A DNA stretch of 64,000 bases, taken from Thiotrichaceae bacterium UBA5859. GTDB taxonomy: Bacteria > Pseudomonadota > Gammaproteobacteria > UBA5859. The notes under the pieces were generated by a model. It worked only from the letters and a program-made list of their open reading frames with translations. It was not told the origin of the DNA and searched no databases. The stretch lies in NCBI GenBank assembly GCA_002432655.1, contig DJFZ01000032.1, positions 1,775 through 65,774 on the forward strand, read 5' to 3'. Positions 41,406 through 51,936 of the stretch are shown here, piece after piece (position 1 is the first letter of the stretch; each line of letters begins with the position of its first letter). The position numbers were made by a program, and so were the translations under genes.

Positions 41406-44183
41406 CTATTGTTTAAGTTCCTGCCAGAGGGCTTCTGCTTCAGCTCTTGAATTGAATTCCCTTTGGCTATAAATAAAGGGCTCGAGGATCTCTCGCGCCC
41501 TTTCTTTGGCATTCAGGTGACTATTTACGAGCGCTAGGTGATAAGCGATGTCGGCGTTATTTCGCTGCTTTTGATATGCTCTACTCAATAACTCCTGCGC
41601 CTTAGTCCATTTATTTTCTTCCACCAGCAGCATAGCATAAGTATCCATGACTGCCGGCACCTCTGGTGCTAACTGATAGGCTTTTTCAGCGTGAGATAAG
41701 GCTTGTTGATACTCTTTGTCCCTTAAGTGCCAGGCTAGATTATTTAATGCCACTAGATTATTAGGTTTAACAGCTATTACTTTCTGCCAATAGGTAATCG
41801 CCAACTCTATTTGAGCCAGAGCTAAATATTCGTTTGCCATCCAAATCATTAAGCCCGTATCCTGGGGTCTATCTGCTATCCAGGCGTCGACAAATCTTTC
41901 CACCTGTTGCCAACCGCGACCAAGCTTTATCACCTGAGCAAGTGCGATAGCATTGCGCTCAGAGGCTTCAATCTCGATAGCTTGCCGCAGCGCGCGCTCT
42001 GCTCTTGAAAAATCTTGTACACCGTGGGCCAAGTCCGCCTCTAGCTCAAGTCCCATCACGGCCTCAGGCCACAACTGACGATATCGGTTAACTAAGGGCT
42101 CCGCTCGGCTAAATTGCTTTTCTTGCAGTAACAGTAAGGCAAGAATTCCTGTGGCAGACTGATTTTGTTCCTGCTCTTGTAACACCTGACGCAGATGGAA
42201 CTTAGCCTCTTCTGGATAACCGGCCGCCATATACGCCTGCGAAATGAGCAAGTTCGCATCAATATGGTTAGGATATGCATTCAATACGCGACGACAAGAC
42301 TGCACGGCTTGTTCCGGTTTGCCACGGCGAATCAATAGTTCACAATGAAACAGGGTGAGATCAGGTTGATCGGGTTCAACCTCCAACCCTTCATTAATTT
42401 GCGCCAGGACTTCGTTTAGCCTCTCTTCACTGAACAAATACTTAATTAAGGCAATTCGATTTTTAATCGAGTTTGCATCACTTCGCAATGCCAGCCGCAA
42501 CCAGCGCTCATAAGCATCAAAATCTTTTCGGGCACGGGCTAACTTGGCCATTTTCTCAATAGCCACTACATTGTTTTCATCTTGCTTCCAAACATCTAAA
42601 AACCACTTCTCAGCAAGCTCGTAGTCACCCCGACCCATAGCTATCTCGCCAATGTTAAATGCCGGCGAAGGATTTTTTCCATCAAGCTGATGTGCGCGTT
42701 CGAAACTAGCCATTGCTTCGTCCTCTTGTTTCAAGGACAAATGTGCGATACCCATCAAATTGTACGCAACAGGCTCCTTAGGGTAAGCAGCCACCCACTG
42801 GTTCGCAGCCTTAATAGCCGCATCAAATCGTTGCGCATCCAACAAGGCGAGGGTTTTAGTGAGATGAATTTGTGGGCCTGCTTGCGGTCGACCGAGTAAC
42901 GTATCAAGTTCTGTTAAGCCTCTATCAACCTGATCTGCGTCCACCAATGCTCCTGCCAGCTTAAACCTCAAAATATCTTCGTTTGGATTCTTGTCTACTA
43001 TCTCCTCCATCAGTTGCAAACCACGTTCTGTTTCGCCTTCACGCAGATATAGTTGTGCAGACAATAGCGTCAAACCGAGATGATCCACCGACAAAAGTAA
43101 ACCCTCTTCCACCACTTTTCTCGCCCGCTCTAGTTGCCCACTCTGAATTAAGATTTCCCCCAATAGTCGATAGGCGCCCACATTTTTGGGATGATCAAAA
43201 AGATATCGGGATACCAAACGCTCTGCCTGTGAATAATTTTTATCCTGCAAAAAAATAGTTGCCAACAGCAAAGGCACGTCCCTAAAGGAACGATACCTGG
43301 ACTCAATTTCCAGAAGAATCGCTCGTGCCTCATCTACCTGTCTATTTTGTAAAAGGATACGAGCCTTAGCGTATCGAGTTTCCAAATTACCATATATTTT
43401 ATCTGCTAATTCCACGTCTTTTAGGGCGGCTGCCGGTTGATTGCTATCGCTAAAATAATAGGCCCGTTGCAGCACTGCTAACCAATGATCCCGACTTCCA
43501 GGTACCGCCGATTTGATTGCTTGCGCGAACACGGCTTCCACCTCTGCACCTGATTCACCTTGAGTGGCCAACAGTAGCGCATAGATTCGGTATGCTTCCG
43601 ATACTGCACTATCCATCTGAATGGCCCTACTCAATGTGAGTGTCGCTTCTTCGAGATCGCCTTGGTTCTTTAAAATCAATCCGTATAAAGCAAGTGCTTC
43701 GCTATCGCTTGATAAATTTTCTAGACTGGTCAATAAATCTATCGCTTCTGGATAGCGGCCAAGAGCGAGCAGCACCCTCGCCTCTAACTTTATCAATGCA
43801 GATGTCGGCACCGCATTTTCAGGAACTTGTGCCAAACGAGATAATGCCAGTTCATTCTCATGCCTAAAGTGCGCAGCCTCGGCAAACGCCAGAATAAAAT
43901 CAAGGTCGGTTGCCCCCAATGCCTCTGCTTTTTCTAATTCCTTTTCCGCCGTGGGACCATCGCCAAGCAGCAAATAGTTTTCACCCAATAGGCGACGAGC
44001 TTCCACATGGTCTGGGCTGCGTTGCAATATGGTTTTCAGATCCAAAACACTTGCCTGGATCTCTCCTTGAGACTGCGCTACTTTCGCCCGCTCAAACAGC
44101 TCCTCATCGGAGGGTGTCCTGCTACAAGCGACTAACAGAAGTACCGGAACTAAAAAACCAAAAACCATCCTAATAAAACCCAT
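41406..44183 (-). CDS. prsT: PEP-CTERM system TPR-repeat lipoprotein, PrsT-like
   Basis: 925 aa; lipobox LLLVAC-S after the signal peptide; TPR repeats throughout; size and context match PrsT. Confidence 0.7.
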   Translation of the reverse strand: MGFIRMVFGFLVPVLLLVACSRTPSDEELFERAKVAQSQGEIQASVLDLKTILQRSPDHVEARRLLGENYLLLGDGPTAEKELEKAEALGATDLDFILAFAEAAHFRHENELALSRLAQVPENAVPTSALIKLEARVLLALGRYPEAIDLLTSLENLSSDSEALALYGLILKNQGDLEEATLTLSRAIQMDSAVSEAYRIYALLLATQGESGAEVEAVFAQAIKSAVPGSRDHWLAVLQRAYYFSDSNQPAAALKDVELADKIYGNLETRYAKARILLQNRQVDEARAILLEIESRYRSFRDVPLLLATIFLQDKNYSQAERLVSRYLFDHPKNVGAYRLLGEILIQSGQLERARKVVEEGLLLSVDHLGLTLLSAQLYLREGETERGLQLMEEIVDKNPNEDILRFKLAGALVDADQVDRGLTELDTLLGRPQAGPQIHLTKTLALLDAQRFDAAIKAANQWVAAYPKEPVAYNLMGIAHLSLKQEDEAMASFERAHQLDGKNPSPAFNIGEIAMGRGDYELAEKWFLDVWKQDENNVVAIEKMAKLARARKDFDAYERWLRLALRSDANSIKNRIALIKYLFSEERLNEVLAQINEGLEVEPDQPDLTLFHCELLIRRGKPEQAVQSCRRVLNAYPNHIDANLLISQAYMAAGYPEEAKFHLRQVLQEQEQNQSATGILALLLLQEKQFSRAEPLVNRYRQLWPEAVMGLELEADLAHGVQDFSRAERALRQAIEIEASERNAIALAQVIKLGRGWQQVERFVDAWIADRPQDTGLMIWMANEYLALAQIELAITYWQKVIAVKPNNLVALNNLAWHLRDKEYQQALSHAEKAYQLAPEVPAVMDTYAMLLVEENKWTKAQELLSRAYQKQRNNADIAYHLALVNSHLNAKERAREILEPFIYSQREFNSRAEAEALWQELKQ

Positions 44184-44210
44184 GTGCTTCCCTTTATTAT
44201 ATTTTCATTT

Positions 44211-46982
44211 CTAGCTATCTAACTGGGTCAGAAGCTGTTCTGCTTGTGTTCGACTACTAAACGATCCAGGATTGGACAACAACTTTGTCAATAACGCTTT
44301 TGCTTCTGACTTTTTACCATTTCGCTGCAGTAACACCGCCAAATGATATGAAATCTCCTGATCTTTCGGATTAAGCCTATGTGCCTTATGAAGCAACTCG
44401 CTGGCGTGGTTCAGTTTGTTGTGCGACAGAAGCACCCACCCATACGTATCCACCACCGCAGCATCCTCAGGCGCCAATTGATAAGCCGATTTAGCATGCT
44501 TAAGAGCTTTTTGCAGATCAGTGTCTAGATAAAGATAGGCCAGATTGTTGTGGATCTGTACTTCTGATCCGGAAGATTCGTCCAGCAATCTTTCGTACTC
44601 GGCAATTGCCAAAGTGGACTGCCCAAGACGATGATATAAGGTCGCGAGCGCCAATCTGATATCTGTATTTGGTTCGTTGATGGTCAATGCGTCCGTTAAA
44701 AGAGTTATCGCCTTTTTTGGCTGTCCGGCTCGGAGACTTGCCCGGCTTGCTTGTATTAAAATCTCATCGGCTGGCTCTCGCACGTACGCGATTTCGTAGT
44801 TTTCGGCAGCCAATCCGAATCGATTTTGATGCGTGTAAATCTTAGCCGCCAAGTGATATCCCACAGCTTCATTTGGAGCTAACTGCTGCAGTCTATATGC
44901 AAATGCAAGCGCCAGATCTGGCTTCGCCCGACGCATCGCCAAATCCACTGCTACGATTAAGGTTCTCGGCCTCAAGCTATCTTCTGCGATTGACTGTAAC
45001 TGACTCCAAGCTTGTTGATATTGTTGTTGTTGGTAAAGTGCGTAAACAATAGATTCTGTGACACCGACTCCTGGGCTGAGTGCCCCCCCTAGTCCCTGAT
45101 AGTAGTCCAAAGCCAATGACCAGTGTTCATATTCTAAAAACACGTCACCGATACGCCTTCTCAGAGACAAACCGTCTGCATTCAAATTAAGTAATTGCTC
45201 CGCTATTCGTTGCGCCGCGGACGGATCCCCCATAGTCAGATGCACCCGCATGGTCATAAAACCAGCAGCTAAATCCTGAGGATTCAATTCCCAAGCCTGC
45301 TGGGCTGTTTGCAAAGCTTTTGAGTTATTTCCCGAATATAGATAGAACCTAGCTTGAGTTAACAACAGCTGTTTATCCAAAGGTACCTTTTTGCTCGCCT
45401 TTCTATAAAGCCTCTCTGCTTCATCAAAGTCTCGCTGCTGACGCTTAACTTCAGCTAAATTTAGCAGCGCTGGTAGATAATCTGCTTGCATCGATAACGC
45501 ATGATTGAATCGTTCCGAGGCCGCATCCACATCACCCTGATACAGTTTCACTAGCCCCAATAAATTAGCAGCAAAGGGTTCACTGGGATATCGGGCGAAC
45601 AAACGCTCAGCTTCTACAACTGCATCGTCGCTATATCCCGCTGTCAACAATGATAATACGGTAATATAACCGCTCTGTAATGAATCTGCTGCCGCACTAT
45701 ATCGTGCTTGCTCTAATGCTTGTTCTATTTGTCCGGAATAAATTGACTGAATCGTGTTTCGAATTTTTGCATTTTCGTCGTAGGGCTGAAGAAAACTAGC
45801 TTTCTCCAAAAGGTGCAATCCTTTTTTTTGCTCTCCTGATTCAATGTAAGCCAACCCCAATAGAGTCATTAGATCCGTATTGCCGTGATTCGATGATTGA
45901 ACCTGAGTTAACGTTGACACCGCACAAGAACTACAGCCCAGTAGTAACTGGACATTGGCATAAAGCATACTAATTTCTAAATTATTAGGTTCTAATTCTA
46001 AGTAATGCTTGAAGTGCTGTGTCGCTTGCTGATGATTGTCCTTGGCCATCGCTACTCGACCCAACAACTCCAATGCAGAAAGCTGATTCGGCTCCACCGA
46101 CAAAATTTCTTTTAGTTGCTGCTCGGCCAGATCATACTGTTGCGCAGACCACAACCATTGCGCCTGTAAAATTTTAGCAGGGAGCAAAGTGGGCTCTCTT
46201 TCCAATAACCAATTAATATCTTCCTGGGCACGATTGAACTCTTCATCAGCTAACAACAAGGCTGCGCGTCTTAACCTCGCTTCTATATTCTGAGGATGTG
46301 TTCTCAAGATTTTGGAATATTGTAATCTAGCTGCTTTTATACTCCCCCGTTTTTCATACAGTTGTGCACGTATAAACTGTGCACCAGAGTCATTCGGAAA
46401 ACTATCTAATAGCATGGTTAGATGACGTTCTGCAGAAACATCATCTCCTAGTTCAAATGCTTTGCGCGCCAAAGCCCAATTCGCCGTATGGCTTTTTGGG
46501 GATAACTCTAAGGCCTGTTGGAATTTAATTGTACCCTCTTTTATTTGACCCAAGTTCAATTCGGCCTGTGTTCGAAGCGCCAGAATTTCTCCTCTGATCT
46601 CTTGTGAATCATTGGCTTGCACTGTCAATTGATTCAGTATTTCTCTATTTTTTTCCTGTGCTAGGAAAAACTGCCCAAGCCATATCACATAAAATTTACG
46701 AGATAAGCCTTTCGTCTTAGCCAACTCAATCGCATGTTCTGCTTCATCGTAGCGCCCCATTTGCGCATAGATTTGGCTCAATAGAAATGGTGTGGAGAAG
46801 TTATTGGGATCTGCTTGTTGCGCATTCTTCAATTCAATCAATGCGGCACGAAAGTCTCCAGCCTCGACATATAGACGAGCACTGTCTTGAAATTGATCTA
46901 CGGAATCAGCCGCGAGCGGTATTGGACAGAGAAGAACAATCGCTATGAACTGTAGGTTTCTAGCTAACTTCACAACACTCAT
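44211..46982 (-). CDS. Second PrsT-like ~920-aa TPR protein (paralog; signal peptide, lipobox doubtful)
   Basis: 923 aa; signal peptide; TPR repeats; same length class and orientation as the adjacent prsT. Confidence 0.65.
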   Translation of the reverse strand: MSVVKLARNLQFIAIVLLCPIPLAADSVDQFQDSARLYVEAGDFRAALIELKNAQQADPNNFSTPFLLSQIYAQMGRYDEAEHAIELAKTKGLSRKFYVIWLGQFFLAQEKNREILNQLTVQANDSQEIRGEILALRTQAELNLGQIKEGTIKFQQALELSPKSHTANWALARKAFELGDDVSAERHLTMLLDSFPNDSGAQFIRAQLYEKRGSIKAARLQYSKILRTHPQNIEARLRRAALLLADEEFNRAQEDINWLLEREPTLLPAKILQAQWLWSAQQYDLAEQQLKEILSVEPNQLSALELLGRVAMAKDNHQQATQHFKHYLELEPNNLEISMLYANVQLLLGCSSCAVSTLTQVQSSNHGNTDLMTLLGLAYIESGEQKKGLHLLEKASFLQPYDENAKIRNTIQSIYSGQIEQALEQARYSAAADSLQSGYITVLSLLTAGYSDDAVVEAERLFARYPSEPFAANLLGLVKLYQGDVDAASERFNHALSMQADYLPALLNLAEVKRQQRDFDEAERLYRKASKKVPLDKQLLLTQARFYLYSGNNSKALQTAQQAWELNPQDLAAGFMTMRVHLTMGDPSAAQRIAEQLLNLNADGLSLRRRIGDVFLEYEHWSLALDYYQGLGGALSPGVGVTESIVYALYQQQQYQQAWSQLQSIAEDSLRPRTLIVAVDLAMRRAKPDLALAFAYRLQQLAPNEAVGYHLAAKIYTHQNRFGLAAENYEIAYVREPADEILIQASRASLRAGQPKKAITLLTDALTINEPNTDIRLALATLYHRLGQSTLAIAEYERLLDESSGSEVQIHNNLAYLYLDTDLQKALKHAKSAYQLAPEDAAVVDTYGWVLLSHNKLNHASELLHKAHRLNPKDQEISYHLAVLLQRNGKKSEAKALLTKLLSNPGSFSSRTQAEQLLTQLDS

Positions 46983-47021
46983 GTTAAAGATTCTTAGTTT
47001 GGGATTGCATCCATATTAGGA

Positions 47022-48383
47022 TCAAACTTTCAAATTATATTTACTCATTAAAGAGTAAAGTGTCGGCCGAGTGATACCTAGTAGTTCAGCAGCACGGGAC
47101 ATATTCCCTCCGGCATGACCTACTGCCTGAATGATGGCGTTCGTCTCTGCGCGTTCACGTACGGTGCGTAAGTTAAGAGGCAAAGACTGGTCTTTTTCTG
47201 CCGGAGTAATTTCTAGCTCGTCTGCTGAGATTTCATTGCCCTCAGCCATAATGACCGCTCTCTTGACGCGATTTTCTAATTCACGCACATTGCCAGGCCA
47301 TGCATAGTCCACAATTGCTTGACTGGCTTGAGAGGAAAACCCCTTAATTTCGATGCGATTCATTTCCCTTTTGAACCTATCTAAAAATGCCTTTGCCAAT
47401 AGCAGCACATCGCCTTCACGGGCTTTCAGCGGAGGAATATTAACCGTTACTTCACTAATTCGATAATACAAATCTTCTCTAAAATCACCTTGTTCTATTT
47501 TTTCTAATAGATCTTGATGAGTCGCTGAAATGATCCTCACGTCTACAGCTATTTGCCGTCGCCCCCCTACTCTCTCGATCACGCGCTCCTGGAGAAAACG
47601 TAAAAGTTTCGCTTGTAGTGGCAGGGGTAAGTCACCTATCTCATCCAGAAACAAAGTACCGCCGTTGGCCTGCTCAATCTTACCAATGGTTTGCTTAATG
47701 GCCCCGGTAAAGGCACCTTTTTCATGACCAAAGAGTTCCGATTCCAGCAAGTTGTCGGGGATAGCCGCACAATTGATAGCAATAAATGGCTCCTGCTCTC
47801 GACGACTTAGTTCATGTAATGCACGGGCAATGACTTCCTTCCCGGTACCACTTTGGCCAAGTAATAACACGGTTGCGTCGGTAGGGGCCAATTTTTCCAC
47901 CGTTCGACAAACTTTTAACATTTGAGGACTGGCCGCAATAATCCCCTTCAAGGGCGACGTCAGTTGAGTACTATGCTGCTGTCTCGACTCCTCTTCCAAC
48001 TGCCATACATGAAACGCTCGATCAACTATTAATTTAAGCACATCCGCATCAATAGGTTTTTGATAAAAATCATAAGCACCTTTTTCAACCGCCTGAATCG
48101 CTACTTTGCGATCCTCGTTTCCGGTCACCACAATGATTTTAGTGGCAGGTTGCAACTCTAATATTTCGGCGAGCGCCTTGAGCCCCTCACTTGCATTCGC
48201 CGGATCGGGTGGTAAGCCTAGATCACAAATCACCACTTGAGGCTCGTGACGTCGCAAGGCTTTAATTCCCGTCGCTCGGTCCGAACTAATCTCAACTAAA
48301 TAATCCTCGAAACACCATTTCAGCTGTTTTTGTAATCCTGCATCATCTTCAATTATCAAAATTGTTGGTTTTTCTTCCGACAC
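47022..48383 (-). CDS. prsR: Sigma-54-dependent response regulator of the PEP-CTERM system (NtrC family)
   Basis: Receiver domain (ILIIEDD...CDLGLP), AAA+ sigma-54 interaction domain with Walker A GQSGTGKE and GAFTGA motif (EKGAFTGA), C-terminal Fis-type HTH. Confidence 0.85.
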   Translation of the reverse strand: MSEEKPTILIIEDDAGLQKQLKWCFEDYLVEISSDRATGIKALRRHEPQVVICDLGLPPDPANASEGLKALAEILELQPATKIIVVTGNEDRKVAIQAVEKGAYDFYQKPIDADVLKLIVDRAFHVWQLEEESRQQHSTQLTSPLKGIIAASPQMLKVCRTVEKLAPTDATVLLLGQSGTGKEVIARALHELSRREQEPFIAINCAAIPDNLLESELFGHEKGAFTGAIKQTIGKIEQANGGTLFLDEIGDLPLPLQAKLLRFLQERVIERVGGRRQIAVDVRIISATHQDLLEKIEQGDFREDLYYRISEVTVNIPPLKAREGDVLLLAKAFLDRFKREMNRIEIKGFSSQASQAIVDYAWPGNVRELENRVKRAVIMAEGNEISADELEITPAEKDQSLPLNLRTVRERAETNAIIQAVGHAGGNMSRAAELLGITRPTLYSLMSKYNLKV

Positions 48384-48401
48384 TCTAGAATCCTGCCCTG
48401 G

Positions 48402-50492
48402 TTAATTGCTCTTTTCTGTCGGTTTGACTAAGGGTAATCGAATAGTGAACAAGCTTCCCACACCGGGCTCACTTTGCACATCCAGACTGCCATCCATTCC
48501 AAGAATTATCGACTTACTCTCGTAAGCACCGATTCCCATACCGGCATTGCCCTTGGTGGTGTCAAACGGCACGAATAATCGCCGACGAATAAATTCTTGC
48601 GACATGCCTATACCTTCATCGGCAATTTCAATTTTTGCCAAATGTCCTTGATCATCTTTGCCTATCGTCACCCTGACGGGTGTATCCGATTCTGTTGCCT
48701 GCTGAGCATTCTGAATCAGGTGTTCTAGCGCAGAATACAGCTTCTCCCGATCCCCCAATACCTCCACTGATGAGTGTTTAGTGTTCAACATCACCTCAGG
48801 GGATTCGACCGATCTATCGGTGACCACCTGTTTCACCAAATGGTTCAATTCTATCGGTTGACGCTTGTAACCTGCTCGACCGCCTTGCCGCAAATGTGCC
48901 AACATACTCTCCACTCGAGCTACTGCATTGGCAACGGTATTGATTGCATCATCTACAAAATCGGGATTTCGCCGATGCTTGTCAGCATTGGCGACCACTA
49001 ACGAAAGCTGGGCATTCACGTTTTTGAGATCATGTACGACAAAGGCGGACAATCGATTAAATGCCTCGAACTGTCTAGCTTGTACCAAATTATCTGTGGC
49101 CTCTAGCAGTGCCACGGTATTGGCCAACTGTAGCCCCGCAGTCTTCAACAGATCCCTGTCTTCCCAATTAAGCTGTCTGGGCACGCGAGACGGCAGCAAT
49201 CCCACCAACCCAATCATATCATTCTGATAAAAGAGCGGCACCAAGACTGATAGTGACCCACTTTTCACCATCCAATCAGGCAAATCTAATCCCTGATAAA
49301 AATCTGGATTATCAAGATATTCCGTGACTTCTACTACCCAACCGGTTCGCCGTGAAAACTCTAACAAGGAGTGCTTTGCCGCTATCGCAGGCCAATCCGT
49401 TGGTGAACTGGTCTGCCAGGAAACCTCCGGTAGATAGTCGCCAGATTCGCTTTTCGTCCACAAAATTGCGCCAGTACTTTCAAACAGATCACAGATGGCT
49501 TTTAGAGCTTGTAGTTTTGGTTCCACTCTCTCATCAAATGTGGTTAAGGTTTCCATGAACCTAAGCCACTCTTTGCGGTAATCGTAGCCCTGTTGATAAA
49601 AATTCTTTTGGATGAATACTCTCATCCTGGCGCGCAGTTTCCCAGAAAAGAGCAACAGAGCCAGCAAGAGCACCGCACCCACCAAAAACACTGCCTGCAT
49701 TGCCATACCCCAGCTACCACCAATGGCCCTCAATAAATAGGCTGCCATCGCCATCAGCAGCAGATAAAACCCGGTAGCCGCGAGCGTGACTGTGTGCAGA
49801 ACAAGATCTTGGGAAATAAAAATTTCACGAGAACTAAAGTGGGTACGGCGAATATAGGGAATAACAATGAGCATAGCTAATGCAAAGACGAATCCCCTTG
49901 ATTGCCATAAAATGGGATCCAAAGCACCAAACAATAGTGCATGGGTATAGAGGAATAGATCATAGCCGAATATTGTCAGCAGCCCGAGGAACAAAAACTT
50001 CCAGCTCCACCGGTGCTCAACCTTGGTATTGGAGATCAGCTGCTCAGTGGCCAACAAACCAGAAACAGCCAATAAAGAGTGCCCCACAAGACGGATCTCC
50101 ATCTGCTGGCCGACACCGAATAACGCTTGGATGCTGAGAGGAAAGAGATCCACTACAAGTAGTAGCAGGCAAAAGAGATAAACTATAGGTTGGACAACAT
50201 TAAAGATTCGTCGAGCGTTACTGCCAGTGTCTACCAACGGTTGCAGTAACCGAAAAATAAAAGCAAACCAAAGCAGGTTTCGACCAATCTCGGCAACGTA
50301 ATAATAGTTTCCTAAATGCTTAAAATCGTCATAGGTGCTGTATCCGGCCACCAATGACCAAGCGGCCATGCCCAAAACAGGTAAAGTTAATTGATTCGCA
50401 TGTTCAGTTCGTCGTCGATTAGCCAGTAAGAAGGCACCGAGCACCAGCGCCACCACAGACGCTACGAGAAAACTAATAACCCCGACAGACAT
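48402..50492 (-). CDS. prsK: PEP-CTERM system sensor histidine kinase
   Basis: 696 aa; multi-TM N-terminal half, GAF-like region, HisKA H-box (VHDLKN), HATPase_c G-boxes; adjacent to prsR. Confidence 0.8.
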   Translation of the reverse strand: MSVGVISFLVASVVALVLGAFLLANRRRTEHANQLTLPVLGMAAWSLVAGYSTYDDFKHLGNYYYVAEIGRNLLWFAFIFRLLQPLVDTGSNARRIFNVVQPIVYLFCLLLLVVDLFPLSIQALFGVGQQMEIRLVGHSLLAVSGLLATEQLISNTKVEHRWSWKFLFLGLLTIFGYDLFLYTHALLFGALDPILWQSRGFVFALAMLIVIPYIRRTHFSSREIFISQDLVLHTVTLAATGFYLLLMAMAAYLLRAIGGSWGMAMQAVFLVGAVLLLALLLFSGKLRARMRVFIQKNFYQQGYDYRKEWLRFMETLTTFDERVEPKLQALKAICDLFESTGAILWTKSESGDYLPEVSWQTSSPTDWPAIAAKHSLLEFSRRTGWVVEVTEYLDNPDFYQGLDLPDWMVKSGSLSVLVPLFYQNDMIGLVGLLPSRVPRQLNWEDRDLLKTAGLQLANTVALLEATDNLVQARQFEAFNRLSAFVVHDLKNVNAQLSLVVANADKHRRNPDFVDDAINTVANAVARVESMLAHLRQGGRAGYKRQPIELNHLVKQVVTDRSVESPEVMLNTKHSSVEVLGDREKLYSALEHLIQNAQQATESDTPVRVTIGKDDQGHLAKIEIADEGIGMSQEFIRRRLFVPFDTTKGNAGMGIGAYESKSIILGMDGSLDVQSEPGVGSLFTIRLPLVKPTEKSN

Positions 50493-50507
50493 TCCTTTAA
50501 GACGCCT

Positions 50508-51905
50508 TTAGCGCGCCCCTTTTGCCCATAGAATCACATATATGGTTTGAAACAACACCATCAAGTCCAGGAACAGACTGTGATTTTTAACATAGTAGAG
50601 ATCAAACTGAAGTTTTTCCCTGGCTTCTTCCTCAGAAGCACCATAGGAATAACGAATTTGTGCCCAACCGGTTATCCCCGGTTTAACACAATGGCGAATA
50701 TTATAATATGGGATCGATTCACCAAACTGTTTCACGAACTCTGGGCGTTCTGGCCGAGGCCCAACAAAACTCATTTGGCCCTGAATGACATTTAACAGCT
50801 GCGGCAATTCATCGATTCGCGTCTTGCGTATCAATCGACCCACGTTTGTTATTCTGGAGTCATTCTGCTGAGCCCATTGGGGTTTGCCGTCCACTTCAGC
50901 ATTTTCTACCATGCTACGAAACTTCAAAACGTCGAACACCTCTCCATCCCGCCCCACTCGTGCCTGATGGTATAACACACTACCTTTCAAGCCAGACTCT
51001 AACCAAATGGCAAGCGCGGTGAATAACATCAGCGGCCACACCATTGAAAAGAGCGCGAGGCTAGAGAAAAGGTCAAAAATTCTTTTCACAATTCGTTTAT
51101 ACATGGGTTGGTGAAACCCCTCTGAAAAGATGATATCGCCAGGAGAAATAGCGTCCAGACGCACCTTTCCAGTCTCTCTTTCATAGAAACTGAATAGATC
51201 CGTCACCTGGATGCCGCGCGTCTTACATTCGAGAATTTGATCCATAGGGAAGTTTTTCCGCCGATCTCGTTTCGCGATCACCAATTCATCGATATTCATG
51301 TTCATCAGCGTCTCGTATAGAGATCCATTGTATTTCACGACTTGTGAATCAGGTACAGCTACATGTTCTTCGGGATTTTGGATGAAACCGATAAGATTGA
51401 ATCCTCGCTCCCCCATAGTTGCAGAAAGTTGCCCAATTTCCGCTGCCCGCTGGCCAGTGCCCAAAACCATTAACCGGTGATTAAACCACTCATTTCTCTT
51501 AAAAATAAAAATAAAGGTTCTGCTGAGAAGTAAACCAACCCAAGCTATCAACAATGAGATGGCAAATTCGCCTCGCCACATATGCAATGAAGGAATGCTG
51601 TACTGAATCAGCATCATTGTTAATCCAGCCACCGCCACAGCACCAGTGAGTCTGAATAAAACATCTTGGATCCCGTGCCACAATTCCCGCTGATAAAGCC
51701 CCACCGAAGTCAATAACAACCAACCCACAGAGGCAAAAATAAGCGCCCGTGCTAAAAGTGATTCGACGGAGCCTGCATAAGCATCATTGACCAACTGATG
51801 GCGAAGCAAAACCCCTAAATACACTGATCCGGTCAGCAGTAGAAATTCTACCAACCCCAACCACAATAACTGCCGAGGTACGTAGTGCCCAAATAATTTA
51901 ACCAT
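50508..51905 (-). CDS. Polyprenyl-phosphate sugar phosphotransferase (EpsB-type, PEP-CTERM associated)
   Basis: 465 aa; N-terminal 4-5 TM plus C-terminal bacterial sugar transferase domain (DELPQLLNVIQGQMSFVGPRPERP). Confidence 0.85.
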   Translation of the reverse strand: MVKLFGHYVPRQLLWLGLVEFLLLTGSVYLGVLLRHQLVNDAYAGSVESLLARALIFASVGWLLLTSVGLYQRELWHGIQDVLFRLTGAVAVAGLTMMLIQYSIPSLHMWRGEFAISLLIAWVGLLLSRTFIFIFKRNEWFNHRLMVLGTGQRAAEIGQLSATMGERGFNLIGFIQNPEEHVAVPDSQVVKYNGSLYETLMNMNIDELVIAKRDRRKNFPMDQILECKTRGIQVTDLFSFYERETGKVRLDAISPGDIIFSEGFHQPMYKRIVKRIFDLFSSLALFSMVWPLMLFTALAIWLESGLKGSVLYHQARVGRDGEVFDVLKFRSMVENAEVDGKPQWAQQNDSRITNVGRLIRKTRIDELPQLLNVIQGQMSFVGPRPERPEFVKQFGESIPYYNIRHCVKPGITGWAQIRYSYGASEEEAREKLQFDLYYVKNHSLFLDLMVLFQTIYVILWAKGAR

Positions 51906-51936
51906 ATATCTTACATCGGCCGAGTAGTTCTTCTAT

